Source: Octopus sinensis
Lineage: Eukaryota
Length of the DNA: 64,000 nt
Direction of reading: 5' to 3'
Assembly: GCF_006345805.1 (NCBI RefSeq)
Contig: NC_043003.1
Location: forward strand, 15,562,001 to 15,626,000
Part shown: in pieces, positions 1 through 12,725 of the stretch
How positions within the stretch are numbered: the stretch's first letter is position 1
How the letters are laid out: the number at the start of each line of letters is the position of its first letter
Translations under genes and position numbers: made by a program
The notes under the pieces: model-generated
Told to the model about the DNA's origin: nothing
The model's database searches: none
What the model saw: only the letters and a program-made list of their open reading frames with translations

Positions 1-188
1 TTCCTTTGGATAACATCGGTAATGTGGAGAGAAAAGTGTGGTATGCATGGGTGACTGCTGGTCTTCCATGAACAACCTTGCCTGGACTTGTGCTTCGGGG
101 GGGGGACTTTCTGTGTGCAATCCCATGGTCATTCATGGTTGTCTGTCGTAGGTCGATGTTGACTGTTCTTGGTTAGTGATCATCTCTG

Positions 189-626
189 TTAGCCTCGCAT
201 GTGGGCAACGAGGCCTGACTTGATCTGCAGCAGCGATGACCCTTACCGTAGTTGAAGCAAATTGACACAACGGAAGCACAAGTGATGCCGCTCATGAGAT
301 CTTTCGTATTCCTCTCTATTTTTTTCTACTCAGTGGCAGGAATTACGAGCGTCAACGATTGGAGGCATTCATCACTCTGCGGGGTATTTCCTCCCAGGTG
401 TCTGGAGAAAATGCTGTAGTTCTTTATTTCTGTATCGCAACCTCTGGCCACCACGGCTTCACCTAACCTCATGAAGTTCATCATAGAAAACTGCCTTTGG
501 GAGCCTGCCGTCCTCCATCCTGCAAACGTATCCCGCCCAGCGCAGGTACAATGAGGTAATAGGGGGGGTGGCGCCACTGTAACTGCACCAGTGTAGGGTA
601 GGATCTCCACGTTCGGAATATTATAC
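189..626 (-). mobile_element. RTE/BovB-type LINE 3' end relic
   Basis: With frameshifts, the minus strand encodes LRWAGYVCRMEDGRLPKAVFYDELH..SRGGQRLRY and a terminal CR(S)..GLVAHMR zinc-finger-like motif, typical of RTE ORF C-termini. Confidence 0.75.
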
Positions 627-991
627 TGCTATCTGATATCTACATATGTACCTATATATGTGTGTATTGCACGTTATACTATATACCATGTATATATCTT
701 ATAATGTACATGTATGTTTAATGAATCCATATATACATGTGTGTGTATATATGCATGTATGCATGTCAATATATATAAAAAACTTGGTGAAAAAGCAAAG
801 TCAGCACAGTGTTTCGAAGTTTCTAACTTCAAACACCGCAGAGATTAAGTTTGTTTTTCATCTCTCAGAATCGATAAAATATATTCCACTAACTCCAGGG
901 AACCAAATTATATCGATTATATGTCGTTCACTTGGTCCTTTCTCTCTCTCTCCTCTTCCTCTCTGTATGTATGTATGTATGTATGTATATA

Positions 992-1028
<37 letters not shown>

Positions 1029-1345
1029 CACTCTACCTTTCTCTCTCTTCATATACACACACATATATATATATATATATATAATATATATCGTTATGTA
1101 CCTATTGTATGTATAGTATATGTATTATATGTATGTATGTTTATGTATAATGTATATGTAAAGTATTATGTAAAAAATGTAATTATACATATGTATGTAT
1201 ATGTTTATATGTGTATATATGTTTATATATGTGTATATATGTATTATATATTATATAGATGCATAAAAATATATATGCATAAATATATATATATATGTAT
1301 ATGTACATATATATGTATGTATATGTACATATATATATATATATG

Positions 1346-1390
<45 letters not shown>

Positions 1391-1439
1391 ACCTTTATAT
1401 GTATATATATATATATAGAACGTATCTCTATATATATGC

Positions 1440-1493
<54 letters not shown>

Positions 1494-1902
1494 TACTATA
1501 AATATGTTATAGAGAGATAAACAGATGAATAAGAGATTATTAGCTAGATAGATAGATAGATAAATAGATAGATAGAAACAGGGTAATAAAGAGAAAAAAT
1601 AAGTGAGTTACCCACTGTTAGCAGCCGATCTTCTGCATCGATTCCTCTCCGCCTTCAGTTTAAAACCTAACGGAGCCGATTTTTGCCTTTCATTTTTTGG
1701 GGGTCAATACAATGAGTAACAAATAAGTTTGATGTGGTTGGTGGTCCACTAATCGAAGACGTCTAACTGCAAAGTTCCCTCCACTGTGCTTATGTCAGAA
1801 ATCGATGCCATTTATACACCCTCAAAGACACAAATATTGTGTGAACAGAAGTATCCATATCTATCTACCTATCAATATATTTTTCCATCTATCTATTTTT
1901 CT

Positions 1903-2320
1903 TATTTCTTTACTGCCCACAAGTGGCTACACACAGAGGGGACAAACAAGAACAGACAAACGGATTAAGTTGATTATATCGACCCCAGTGCGTAACTGGT
2001 ACTTATTTAATCGACCCCCGAAAAGATGAAAGGCAAAGTAGACCTCGGCGGAATTTGAACTCAGAACGTAGCGGCAGACAAAATGTCTATTTGTTTACTA
2101 CCCTCAAGAGGCTAAACACAGAAGGGACAAAAAAGGAAAGACAAACGGATTAAGTCGATTTTATCGACCCCAGTGCGTAACTGGTACTTATTTAATCGAC
2201 CCCCGATTGGATGAAAGGCAAAGTCGACCTCGGTGGAATTTGAACTCAGAACGTAGCGGCGGACGAAATACCGCTAAGCATTTCGGCCGGCGTGCTAACG
2301 TTTCTGCCAGCTCGCCACCT
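1903..2320 (-). mobile_element. tRNA-derived SINE family A (head + 2 body modules)
   Basis: Head ggcgagctggcagaaacgttagc.. and body gagttcaaattccgccgaggtcgactttgcctttcatcctttcggggtcgat.. Confidence 0.9.
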
Positions 2321-2369
2321 ATCTATCTATTTTTTAATCTATCTATTTTGTAATCTATCTATCTATCTC

Positions 2370-2434
<65 letters not shown>

Positions 2435-2989
2435 ATGGAAAGTATGTAGAGAAAATCTGTAAAGTGTAAGAGAAGAAAACGGTAAAAAGTAAAGGGCAAC
2501 GGAAAGAAAGAATAACGAGAAAAGGTGAGAGAAGAAACGTTAACCATATTGAAATCTAATCGAAGAAATAACCAGTTTTAATTTCAAGTGGTAAACACGG
2601 GCGTTATATTTTGATTCCAAGAATCCTAGCAGAATCATATACAATAGAATTATAAAAAGTCGAACACTAGAATATATTACAAGAAACCCACTATCTAGTG
2701 GGCAGGTTTTGGTGTTGATTGCTTTCGTCGATGTAGAAGTGTTTTCTGTATTTAAGAGCACAAGTTGTTGGCTCCGGTTTTAGTGGTATCCAGTTTAAGC
2801 TGTATTAAATATTTATTCCGCCATGAAGCAACCAGACGTTTTTTTTCAAACTCCAGAATAACTGTCAACTAGAATAACTGACAAAAATTTCGTATGTATG
2901 TATGTATGTATGTATGTATGTATGTATGTATGTATGTATGTATGTTATGTATGTATGTATGTGTGCGTGCGTGTGTGTGTTCAATCATT

Positions 2990-3241
2990 TTTACTCTTTT
3001 ACTCTTTTACTTGTTTCAGTCATTTGACTGCGGCCATGCTGGAGTACCGCCTTTAGTCGAGCAAATCGACCCCAGGACTTATTCTTTGTAAGCCTAGTAC
3101 TTATTCTATCGGTCTTCTTTTGCCGAACCGCTAAGGTACGATACATAAACACCCAGCAACGGTTTGTCAAGCGATCTTGGTGGGAACAAACACAGACACA
3201 CAACACATACACACATACATACTACATACATAAATAAATAT

Positions 3242-3276
<35 letters not shown>

Positions 3277-3864
3277 ATATAGCTATATATATATATATAT
3301 ATATTATATATACACTAGCAGTATTGCCCGGCGTTGCTCGGGTTTGTTTCGACCCTTTAGAATTGGAATTTTTGAAAAGTAAAGATATTGCATTATACAG
3401 CTTGTTATTCTCTTTAAGTGAACATTTTTCTGGTTGAAATACACCGAAATATGGCGACACAGCAGTCAAAAAATAGAGATTTTTCATAGGAAAAAAAAAG
3501 CACCTTTTGGATGTAAATATTTGTGGGTGTTAACGTGGTCCGATTTGAATATTTTCTTCTGCGGAAGGAAGAGCAATTCTTCTTCTATCATACTCTCAAT
3601 TTTGGTCAACTTGCGCCGCAGGGTCTCGGAGGAGATAGTGTTTGTTGAAGGCTACCAAACCTGCCATACACAGACAACTTCAGCTTTATATATATAGATA
3701 TATACGACAGGCTTCCTTCAGCCGCCGTCTACCAAATCCACTCACAAGGCTTTGGTCGGCCCCTAAGTTATTGTAGAAGACACCCAAAGTGCCACGCAGT
3801 AGGACTGAACCCGAAACCATGTGTTGGTAAGTAAGCTCCTTGCCACGCAGCCACTCCTGCGCCT
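2990..3864 (-). mobile_element. tRNA-derived CORE-type SINE family B (interrupted by a Helitron)
   Basis: Head aggagtggctg(t/c)gtgg..gggttcagtcc, CORE-like (c/t)ttgggcaagtgtctt, central microsatellite, tail gactgaaacaagtaaaagag. Confidence 0.9.
3315..3698 (-). mobile_element. Non-autonomous Helitron, nested in a SINE
   Basis: 5' TC, subterminal hairpin cccgagcaacgccggg, 3' CTAG, inserted between A and T. Confidence 0.85.
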
Positions 3865-4284
3865 ATAAATCCAATAAAGGGATTAAGTACGAGTCTGGTC
3901 CTTAGTACTCTTGGAAATACCGGCCACCGAATACCGGCTAACAGTGTATATAAGTAGACGTTTTTCTTAAAAATACAAAAAAACAATCTAAACTGAAATT
4001 CCAGGTCTGTTAGTCGCAGAGCATAATATATGAAGTTGAAGAGTAGAAAAAACTAAAGAATTAAACGAAATGCCATACACTCTACTCTTCGACTTTACAC
4101 ACACACACGCACACGTACGCACACACACGTACACATACATATGATCTATTCAATTTTGTCCTACATTTTCTGTACGATAAGTTATGCAATTCCACTCACA
4201 GTAAGTCAAACTAGACAAAGTTAAGGCAGTTTCCCTTAATTTCAATGGAAACATATTTAACACCTACTATAATACTCTTTTAGT

Positions 4285-4507
4285 CTCTTTTACTCTTTTA
4301 CTTGTTTCAGTCAATTGACTGTGGCCATGCTGGAGTACCGCCTTTAGTCGAGCAAATCGACCCCAGGACTTATTCTTTGTAAGGCTAGTACTTATTCTAT
4401 CGGTCTATTTTGCCGAACGGCTAAGTTACGGTGACGTAAACACACCAGCATTGGTTGTCAAGCAATGCTGAGGGGACAAACAGACACACAAACATATGCA
4501 CACATAC

Positions 4508-4540
<33 letters not shown>

Positions 4541-4732
4541 TATATCTATATATATATTACAATATATACGATGGGCTTCTTTCAGTTTACGTCTACTAAA
4601 TCTACTCACAGGGCTTTGGTCGGCTCGAGGCTATAGTAGAAGACACTTGCCCAAGGTGCCACGCAGTGGGAATGAACCCGGAACCATGTGGTTTGTAAGC
4701 AAGCTACTTACCACACAGCCACTCCTACGCCT
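4285..4732 (-). mobile_element. SINE family B
   Basis: Full-length consensus match. Confidence 0.9.
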
Positions 4733-5042
4733 CATGATAACTTAAAACGAAGCAAAGTCAAGGAAACACACCTGTGTCGAACCCCAACCTAATACATAAT
4801 CTTAACGATAAAAAAGTATAATTTAGCTGTAGTCACCATTGTTGAGAAACTCTTGAATTATTTTACTTCCTTAAAAAACACTTTCCCCTTCAAAACAGAT
4901 ATATATTTAATAGATGTAAAATAAACATCTCATACCGTAAAGCCCCAGCCTCCAACCAATCTACAACTTCATCTAATCTCTTCCAGCTGTATTTAGAAAT
5001 AAACCGTCTGCTTACACATAATTTCAACAGTTTAATCAAATA

Positions 5043-6335
5043 TTAGGATGGCAATTAAGTTCCCGCCGTTTTTTTTTTTTTATTTTTGAAATTTTTGCTT
5101 TTTTTAAATTTTGGAATCTATTTTTTTCGAGAATACTATTTTGAATCATTTTGGAATCTTTTATTTTTTGTAGTTAATTTTAGTTAATTTTGGTTTAGTT
5201 TCAGATCATTAAAATGGAATGCGAAGTTAAGAAAAACTAGCATTTTTGACACCTCCTTTTTGATTTTAATCAAGGTTCTAAGGCCGCAAAAGCTGCTCGC
5301 GACATTTGCGCTGTGTATAGAGAGGTTGCCATAGCTGAAAGAACCGATCGTGATTGGTTTGCCAAGTTCAAAAATGGAAATTTAGACCTCAAAGACGCAC
5401 CTCGTTCTGGCCGTCCAGTTGAGTTCGTTGAGGAGCGATTAAACCAACTTTTGTACGAAAATTCTCGTCAAACGACAAGAGAACTGGCAGAAAAAATGGA
5501 ATGCTCCTATACTGTTATAGAGAAGCACCTTCACTCGATGGGGAAGGTTCAGAAGTATGGAGCATGAGTTCCGCATGCTTTAAGTGACAACAACAAAAAT
5601 CAGCGAGCCACAATCTCCCCTGATTTGCTTGCTCGTCACCGCTCAACTCATGGACACAATCAACGATTTTTTTTTACCGAATCGTTACTGGCGACGAAAA
5701 ATGGTACCTGTACATCAATATGAAGAAGTGTAAGGAATCGCTTAGCCCCGGTAAACAAGTGACACAGTGCGTGAAACAAGGTCTTCATCCGCGTAAAACG
5801 ATGTTGTGCGTATGGTGGGACTGGGAAGGGATTATCCATTACGAATTGCTTGAACGGAACAAAACGGTTAACGTGGAATTCTATGTTCAACAGATGGAAC
5901 GACTAACACGGCTATTCAAGAGAAAAGACCTAATCGGCAGCATGGTGTTCTTCTGCAGCACGACAATGCCCACCCTAATATCGCCAATATGACCAAGGAA
6001 GCCATTCAAACGCATGGCGGGAAGTCCTGCCACACCCACCGTACTCTCCAGATTTGGCACCAACAGATTCCCACCTCTTTCAATCTCTTTCAAATGCTGT
6101 GCACAGAGTTTCATTCAATACTGATGCAAAATTGAGAGCTTGGTTGGATCAAATTTTCGAGTCGAAATCAGGTGATTTCTACCAACGAGGTATTGAAAAT
6201 CTTGTTGAACGTTGGGAAGAAGTTGTATACAACAAGGGTAAATACATTATTGATTAATTAGTTGTTATTTTTTATTAAACCTTTTAAAAAAATTAAATAA
6301 AAAAAAAAAAGGCGGGAACTTTGTTACCAACCTAA
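5043..6335 (+). mobile_element. Mariner (DD34D) transposon, near full length (1293 bp), decayed
   Basis: Imperfect TIRs ttaggatggcaattaagttcccgcc / ggcgggaactttgttaccaacctaa, with TA on both flanks (5041-42, 6336-37). Confidence 0.95.
5214..6257 (+). pseudogene. Mariner transposase pseudogene
   Basis: HTH region (WFAKFKNGNLDLKDAPRSGRP), VTGDEKW, HPRKTMLCVWWD, QHDNA, PHPPYSPDLAPTD, interrupted by several stops and frameshifts. Confidence 0.93.
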
Positions 6336-6565
6336 TACACTACCTACTTCCAAGATTTGCATTGACATCACTACAAACACGTTCAAAATTCGTTACTACC
6401 AACACATATTTTCCTTCAATCATTACACTGGGAGAAAATGATATTCCCTAAATGCATATCTACGATAACAAAAACTAACCATATACCAGACATCCTAAAC
6501 TGGAGATGATCATTCGTGGCACTCTTTACATTACAGATGAAAGGATAAGTGGTTTGTATTTAGTA

Positions 6566-6977
6566 AGGCTTAGGAGTAGCTGTGTGGTAAGTAGCTTGCT
6601 TACGAACTACATGGTTCCGGGTTCAATACCACTGCGTGGCACCTTGGGCAAGTGTCTTCTACTATAGCCTCGGGCCGACTAAAGCCTTGTGAGTGGATTT
6701 GGAAGAGGGAAACTGAAAGAAGCTCGTCGTATATATATATATGTATGTATGTATGTGTGTGTATATGTTTGTGTGTCTATTTGTCTCCCTAACATCGCCT
6801 GACAACCGATGCTGGTGTTTTTACGTCCTCGTAATCTAGCGGTTTGGCAAAAGAGACCGATAGAATAAGTACTAGCCTTACAAAGAATAAGTCCTGGGGT
6901 CGATTTGCTCGACTAAAAGCGATGCTCCAGCATGGCCACAGTCAAATGACTGAAACAAGTAAAAGGGTAAAGAGAGA
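6566..6977 (+). mobile_element. SINE family B
   Basis: Full-length consensus match. Confidence 0.9.
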
Positions 6978-8308
6978 AATGTGTTTAAAATTCTACAAGG
7001 CAAGGAGCATTCTAAAAAAAAGCAAAAATTCGACTCGAAAAGTTGTTTTCCTACAATTATAAATCATGCGCAATCCTTATCAAAATACACAGTTTATAGG
7101 TAATATCCAAACCTACAAATACGATCAACACCATTAACTCCTGCACAAATGAGAATCCTTCCCGGAATATTGCAAAACATGTATAGGATCCCTTGAAATC
7201 CTTCATCTCCTACCTGCTATTTTGAAAAACGATGGTCTACGTTGGCTTTCATTCAGAATTTCTTCATCGTTATTAACCCCAGCCTTCAACTCATTAAACC
7301 ACTACTTACCTCTACTCGACATAACAACCAAATTCCTTTAGTCCACTCTTAAATTTTTCCTTATATAATTTCTGGTAGTTTTCATGTACTTGTTCGTGAA
7401 TTTTCCATATGTTTTCTTTATCTTCCGTAGTTTTCATCTACATGTCACACATTTTTCATCCTTATTCATGGACCGCTACAAATATTTCCCATTATTTTCC
7501 GTGTATTTTTTCTAAGTAATTTCCTTGTTATTTCCTTGCACTTCTACACATTTCCGATAAAATTCCCCCCTTATAGCATATTTATATTAATTATATTTAT
7601 AATTCAACCAAATCTTTCATTATATTATAAAAAATATTGCCGTATTTTCATCGAAATCTCCAGATTATCGATTTCTTACGATTGCTAAATGAATCTGTAT
7701 TGTCCCCAGTTCCATCTCCAGCCATTAATTCTTAACTTCACCTCACCTACAGTGAAAACTAATTTCCGTCCTTTATTAATAGCTGTAAGCTTTTAGTAAA
7801 TTTTTTTCTTTATCAAAGTTTCACTCTACTTTTTTTTACAATATGTCATCGTTTCACTTTCGCCAAAAAGCTTTGATATATTTTCTCATAAATATTTTTA
7901 TCTACAAGTGTAGTGACAAAGTACACTTATCTCTAACTTATTACGAAAAGTCGTCATACACGCTGGCGTGGCTGTGTGGTAACACGCTTGCTTCCCAACC
8001 ATATGGTTTCACGTCCAGTCTCAATGCGGGGCACTTTGGGCAAGTATCTTCTATTATCGCCTCGAGCTGGCCAAAGCCTTGCAAGGGGATTTAGTAAACA
8101 AAGAAACAGAATATAGATTGTCCATTTCTCTGGTGTTCTTCCTAGAGGCAAGACAAATTTTTTTTATGTTCGCCGCCCGGACACATCTTTGCCTCTTTAC
8201 ATTCAGTGAAGCTTTACCTAGCGTCGAACGGTTATCGACTGATATTTCCAGCAAAATTGATACCTTGTTGTGCCACTATTTCCTCTCTCTCTCTCTTTCT
8301 ATATATAT

Positions 8309-8353
<45 letters not shown>

Positions 8354-8379
8354 CATATATGTGTGTGTGTACATGTACA

Positions 8380-8534
8380 TTATTAAAAAGTAGCAAAAAT
8401 ATCACAGAAATTGTTACTCAGAGTTTCAGGTTCCTGTTCGTCGGACAGTTTTGTTTAGAAACAGAACTATCCGACGAACGGGAACGTGAAACAGAGTAAA
8501 CAGTCTTTCTGATATTTTCGCTGCTTTTTAATAA
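8380..8534. repeat. 155-bp imperfect palindrome
   Basis: About 76-bp arms are complementary around the centre at about 8457. Confidence 0.85.
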
Positions 8535-8746
8535 AGCATATTACTCTACCTCTGGCATTCTAGTACTATTTTTCGCATTAATGTGCTTACTCTGATATAT
8601 ATATATATATATAATAAGGGTAGAAATTGATGTTAATCAATTAAAGCCAGTGGCTTAGCATATTTAAAAATCCGAAGATTAAAAATTGTGTTACATACAA
8701 AATTAAGAGGAATGACCAGCTGGAACCCTCGTCGTCGTAACCCATC

Positions 8747-8793
<47 letters not shown>

Positions 8794-9414
8794 CGAATAT
8801 TGATATTACTAAAGGGACATGGTATTACTAGGATATTGCGGAGTATATTCCGGATCGTTGTGTTCCGATTTGAAATCCCGTTAAATTTCTGTTTTATCAT
8901 CTCGGGATCGATAAAGTAACAGTTAATTGGCTGAATAAATAAAAAATAAAAAAGCTTCGGATTTACTTCTAAATAGGACATTTTAATTTTTATAGCCCTC
9001 TTCCTCTTTGTCACAACCTGCATTAATTTTGTTATTCTTATCACCGTACTTGCCTGCTTTCTCCCGTCACTCTTACACACTATATTCAAAGAGCATGTGA
9101 GAAAAAAGGGCATCAGTGAAGACATATGGCCTAGTTGTTAGGGCGTTTCACTCACGATCGCGAGACCTTGGTTTCAATTCGTAGACCGGGTGGTGCGTTG
9201 TGTTCTTGAGCAAAACACTTCATCTCACGCTGCTCTGCATTCACTTCGACACCTGGCGCGTGGTACACCGTGCACCTGTTCAGACAGCCTCCATTTGATG
9301 GAGAGAGCAAGCTAATGTGCCGCTCGAACTATAAACAAATCATTTTGCAGGTCGTTCAGCAAAAAGCTGAAGACCCATACGTCTCCTTCGACGAGAGAGG
9401 CCCTCCTCCTCCTC

Positions 9415-9462
<48 letters not shown>

Positions 9463-9593
9463 TAATGAGTGAGAGAACAGTGCATGTCATCAAAGTGACA
9501 CTGGGGTAAAATATTCGAAGCCCAGTATACCCATCAATGACTACCCGTCTAATAAATCTGTGGTATTGAGCAGAATATCTGCTGTAACCCATC

Positions 9594-9626
<33 letters not shown>

Positions 9627-9974
9627 TTTTTAACGAAACTCCCCCTTCACTCTCCCGTAAATCATATTTGTTTCCGTCTCCATCTAAATTTCCTACTCGT
9701 CTTCCTCCCTTCATTAATATTCTCTTCCTCTGTTTCTTCACCTCATCCTACTCATTCTTCATCTTATCCAAAGCATGCCTTTCATGTCTTCCCCTAAATT
9801 TTTTTCAAAATATAGGATCTTGCAAGTGAGAATTTTCCCGTCAACTCTGGGATGAGCATCGTAGCATCTGGATATGCTTTAATAAGACACTAAACCTGAA
9901 TATACCGACTCTCTTTATAATATTGACGGGTTTTACCGTAGAAAAAAACTGTTCTATATTTCAAAGATGAGGAA

Positions 9975-10224
9975 TTCTGTACATTATTTACATTTGACGG
10001 ACATTTGTCCTGATCTTGCTTGTTGTCAACACAACGTTTCGGCTGATATACTCTCCAGCCTTCATCAGGTGTCCTATGGGGGAGTTTCAAAGCTGGGTCC
10101 TCATTCTTAAGGTTTATTATTATTATCAGTATTATCATTATTATTATTATTCATGTCACTGCCTGGAATCGAACTCGGAATCTTGGGGTTAGTAGACCGC
10201 GCTCTTAACCACTACGCCACATGC
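9975..10224 (-). mobile_element. tRNA-headed element: Pol III head + (AAT)n + hammerhead tail
   Basis: Box A TGGCGTAGTGG and box B GAGTTCGATTCC at 10155-10224, followed by (AAT)n and the hammerhead. Confidence 0.75.
10028..10073 (-). ncRNA. Minimal type-I hammerhead ribozyme motif (Penelope-type)
   Basis: GACAC CUGAUGA A GGCUG-loop-CAGCC GAAA CG UU GUGUU: helices I and II pair, and palindromic ACGU replaces helix III. Confidence 0.8.
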
Positions 10225-10356
10225 ATATATGCTAGGAAATAATAACCTCCCAAGGAGACCCAATGCAGATATGAGTAGAATATGGGAACCGGTATTAAGG
10301 AAGGATAAGAAAAAATTATTTATAAGCCCTAAAATTCACTCCATAATTACCCACGG

Positions 10357-10590
10357 GCATATGGCATAGTAGTTAAGAGCGCTGATTACTAACCCCAAGA
10401 TTTCGAGTTCGGACAGAATAATGATAATAATAACATATGGAAAAACTACCTTATAAATAAGAACCCAGGTTCGAAACTCACTCAGGTCACTTGATGAAGG
10501 CTGGAAGTTACATCAGCCGAAACGTTGTGTTAACAACAAACAAGATGAGGACAAATATCCGTCAAATGTAAATAATGTAAATAATGTAGT
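10357..10590 (+). mobile_element. Second, divergently oriented copy of the tRNA-head/hammerhead element
   Basis: Homologous head (truncated B box), (AAT)n remnant, hammerhead, and the aacaacaaacaagatgaggacaaatatccgtcaaatgtaaataatgta tail. Confidence 0.7.
10486..10531 (+). ncRNA. Second copy of the same hammerhead motif, with a C3U core mutation
   Basis: GUCAC UUGAUGA A GGCUG..CAGCC GAAA CG UU GUGUU. Confidence 0.65.
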
Positions 10591-11076
10591 AGATAACTGA
10601 TCACTCGATCCAAATTATGTACTTAAATATATGCTATATATGCACGTATACATACACATGCAAAATATGTATGCGTGCAAACATTCATATGCATGTATGT
10701 GTAATGTATTTTTATATATATATTCTCCGAACCAAATCTAAAATAGTATTTTTCATGATGTAATCGAATTATTCATCAATAAAAAAAACCGCGTCGGAAA
10801 CAGGTGTTCGGGTCATTTAACTCATTTTGATCTTATTTTATGTAAACACCATTCTTGGAACTTTCTCTATGTTAAATCGTGAAATCGCATGGGCATATAA
10901 TTCCTTGTGGAAGTGTATGAATATGTCCTTATATGCATGTGTATACACGGGTATGTTTGTATATGGTATATACACGGATGTGCTGATGGTATATACACGG
11001 ATGTGCTGATCTCTACCCTAGCTTGGTGCCCTTTACTCTAAAATGCCTTGATACAATTAACTCCGACAAATAGTTA

Positions 11077-11145
<69 letters not shown>

Positions 11146-11162
11146 CTTCGTCGAGAGTCACT

Positions 11163-11500
11163 GTTGTTATGTCCTGTTAATTTTCTTGCATTTTTCTTGT
11201 ATTTATATTTATGTAACATTGTCTATTTTTTCCGACCTTGTTTTTGTATATATTTGCTGCTTTCTTCCAAGGAATCTAATGCTCTTAGCTTAGTTTTTCC
11301 TTGGGGCGGGCCAGATTGGAGCAATCTAAAATATAATCAGCTGGAATTGTGAGGATAATCTGGTGCTTTAAATGAGGAAAGAAAACTTCGAATAACCCAT
11401 CCTTGTTTTCTTTGTATCGTCTATCTGGATGTTTTGGTGTCCCTTTTTGTATCACCTAGGTGTCCGGATGTTTTGCGCTCTTGTCCCATTTTGTATTATA
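11163..11500 (+). repeat. Microsatellite-flanked repeat sharing a core with the 24.7-25.8 kb repeat
   Basis: Shared ccaag(g/a)aatctaatgc..agcttag..tt(c/t)cttggggc..ttggagcaa block. Confidence 0.6.
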
Positions 11501-11505
11501 TATAT

Positions 11506-11536
<31 letters not shown>

Positions 11537-11769
11537 CGTAAATGTTATGCAATGAGAATTGTTTGACATTTACGTATAGTTACGCATTGGTTGACAAAGA
11601 TTCTGTATTTGTGTATTAAAGCTACCATTGATGTCACATTAGGAAAATATCTTAATTGTTCAAGCTGATCACGAATAGAAGTTGGTGTTCACTTCACGAA
11701 GGCGAACTCCAATTTCTTTCTGTGATCAACTTGAATATTTGTTAAGATATTTTCTTAACATGAAACTAA

Positions 11770-12440
11770 TGATTCCTTAATAGACGAATAAAGCATATAT
11801 ATGGACAGTAGTAAGGAGCAGCTCAAGGATGAATAGACGTAGGAAGCTATGAAATCAACGAAGGTGTATATCTACTTAGGGCACACAGTGAATATACGTC
11901 AAGATATGGATGCACAAATCTCATAGAGAACAAGGGCAGGACGCGAAGCATTTAACTCATGAAAAGCTGTACTCAAATCAAAGCTAAATGATATCATACG
12001 TGCCAGACTCTTCAACATCACCGTCCTACGTGCACTCTTATACCCAAGTGAGACGTGAGCTACTACGAAGAGAGATTGTCTACGAAGCAAAGGGCCATTG
12101 AATGTTAGGAATATCATTAAGAGAGCACATTCGAAATGAAGTGATTCGAGAACGGAGCGGAGTGAATGATGTGATCGCAGAATACCAAAAGAAAGTTCCG
12201 CTGGGTCGGACATGTCGCAAGGTTCACACTAATAGGTTAACCCACGTATTGCCGATTGGTATCCAAGAGTTCGATAAAGGCCACATGAAAGGCATCCGCG
12301 ACGATGGGAAGACGATCTAGTTTAAGCTATTTGGGTGAAGACGGAAGAGAAGGCGCAGTTAAAACAGAATTGGAATCCCATTCTTACCAGCGGTGTATAA
12401 CAATGTATAACAGCCAGCATCTGATGGTCTGGTCGATACT
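11770..12440 (+). mobile_element. RTE-type LINE relic (post-RT C-terminal region)
   Basis: IYLGHTV..., RARLFNITVL..LLYPSET*, MLGISLREHIRNEVIRERSGVNDV and RWEDDL motifs, with stops and frameshifts. Confidence 0.8.
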
Positions 12441-12642
12441 GTAAAATTTATATATGTATATATATATATATATATTTACAATATTGACAATTTTGTCTTT
12501 TTTTCGGAATATTTGGCATTAGAATTTTTCTTTTGCCCTTATTTTGTAAATTATTTATAAATTTAACCTTTGAAGGTATTCTTTGATATGCTGGCAATTT
12601 GATAAAAATTTTTTCTTGAAAAAAATTTTATCCTACATTAGT

Positions 12643-12725
<83 letters not shown>

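Noticed and set aside
646-1501. Many ORFs rich in Y/I/M/C/V/H/T here and at 15, 22, 26, 29, 35, 37, 44, 47 and 49 kb
   Set aside because: They are translations of (TA)n, (CA)n and (TATG)n microsatellites, which lack stop codons in some frames.
10155-10224. Functional tRNA (ACT anticodon)
   Set aside because: The acceptor and anticodon stems do not pair; treated as a SINE-type head.
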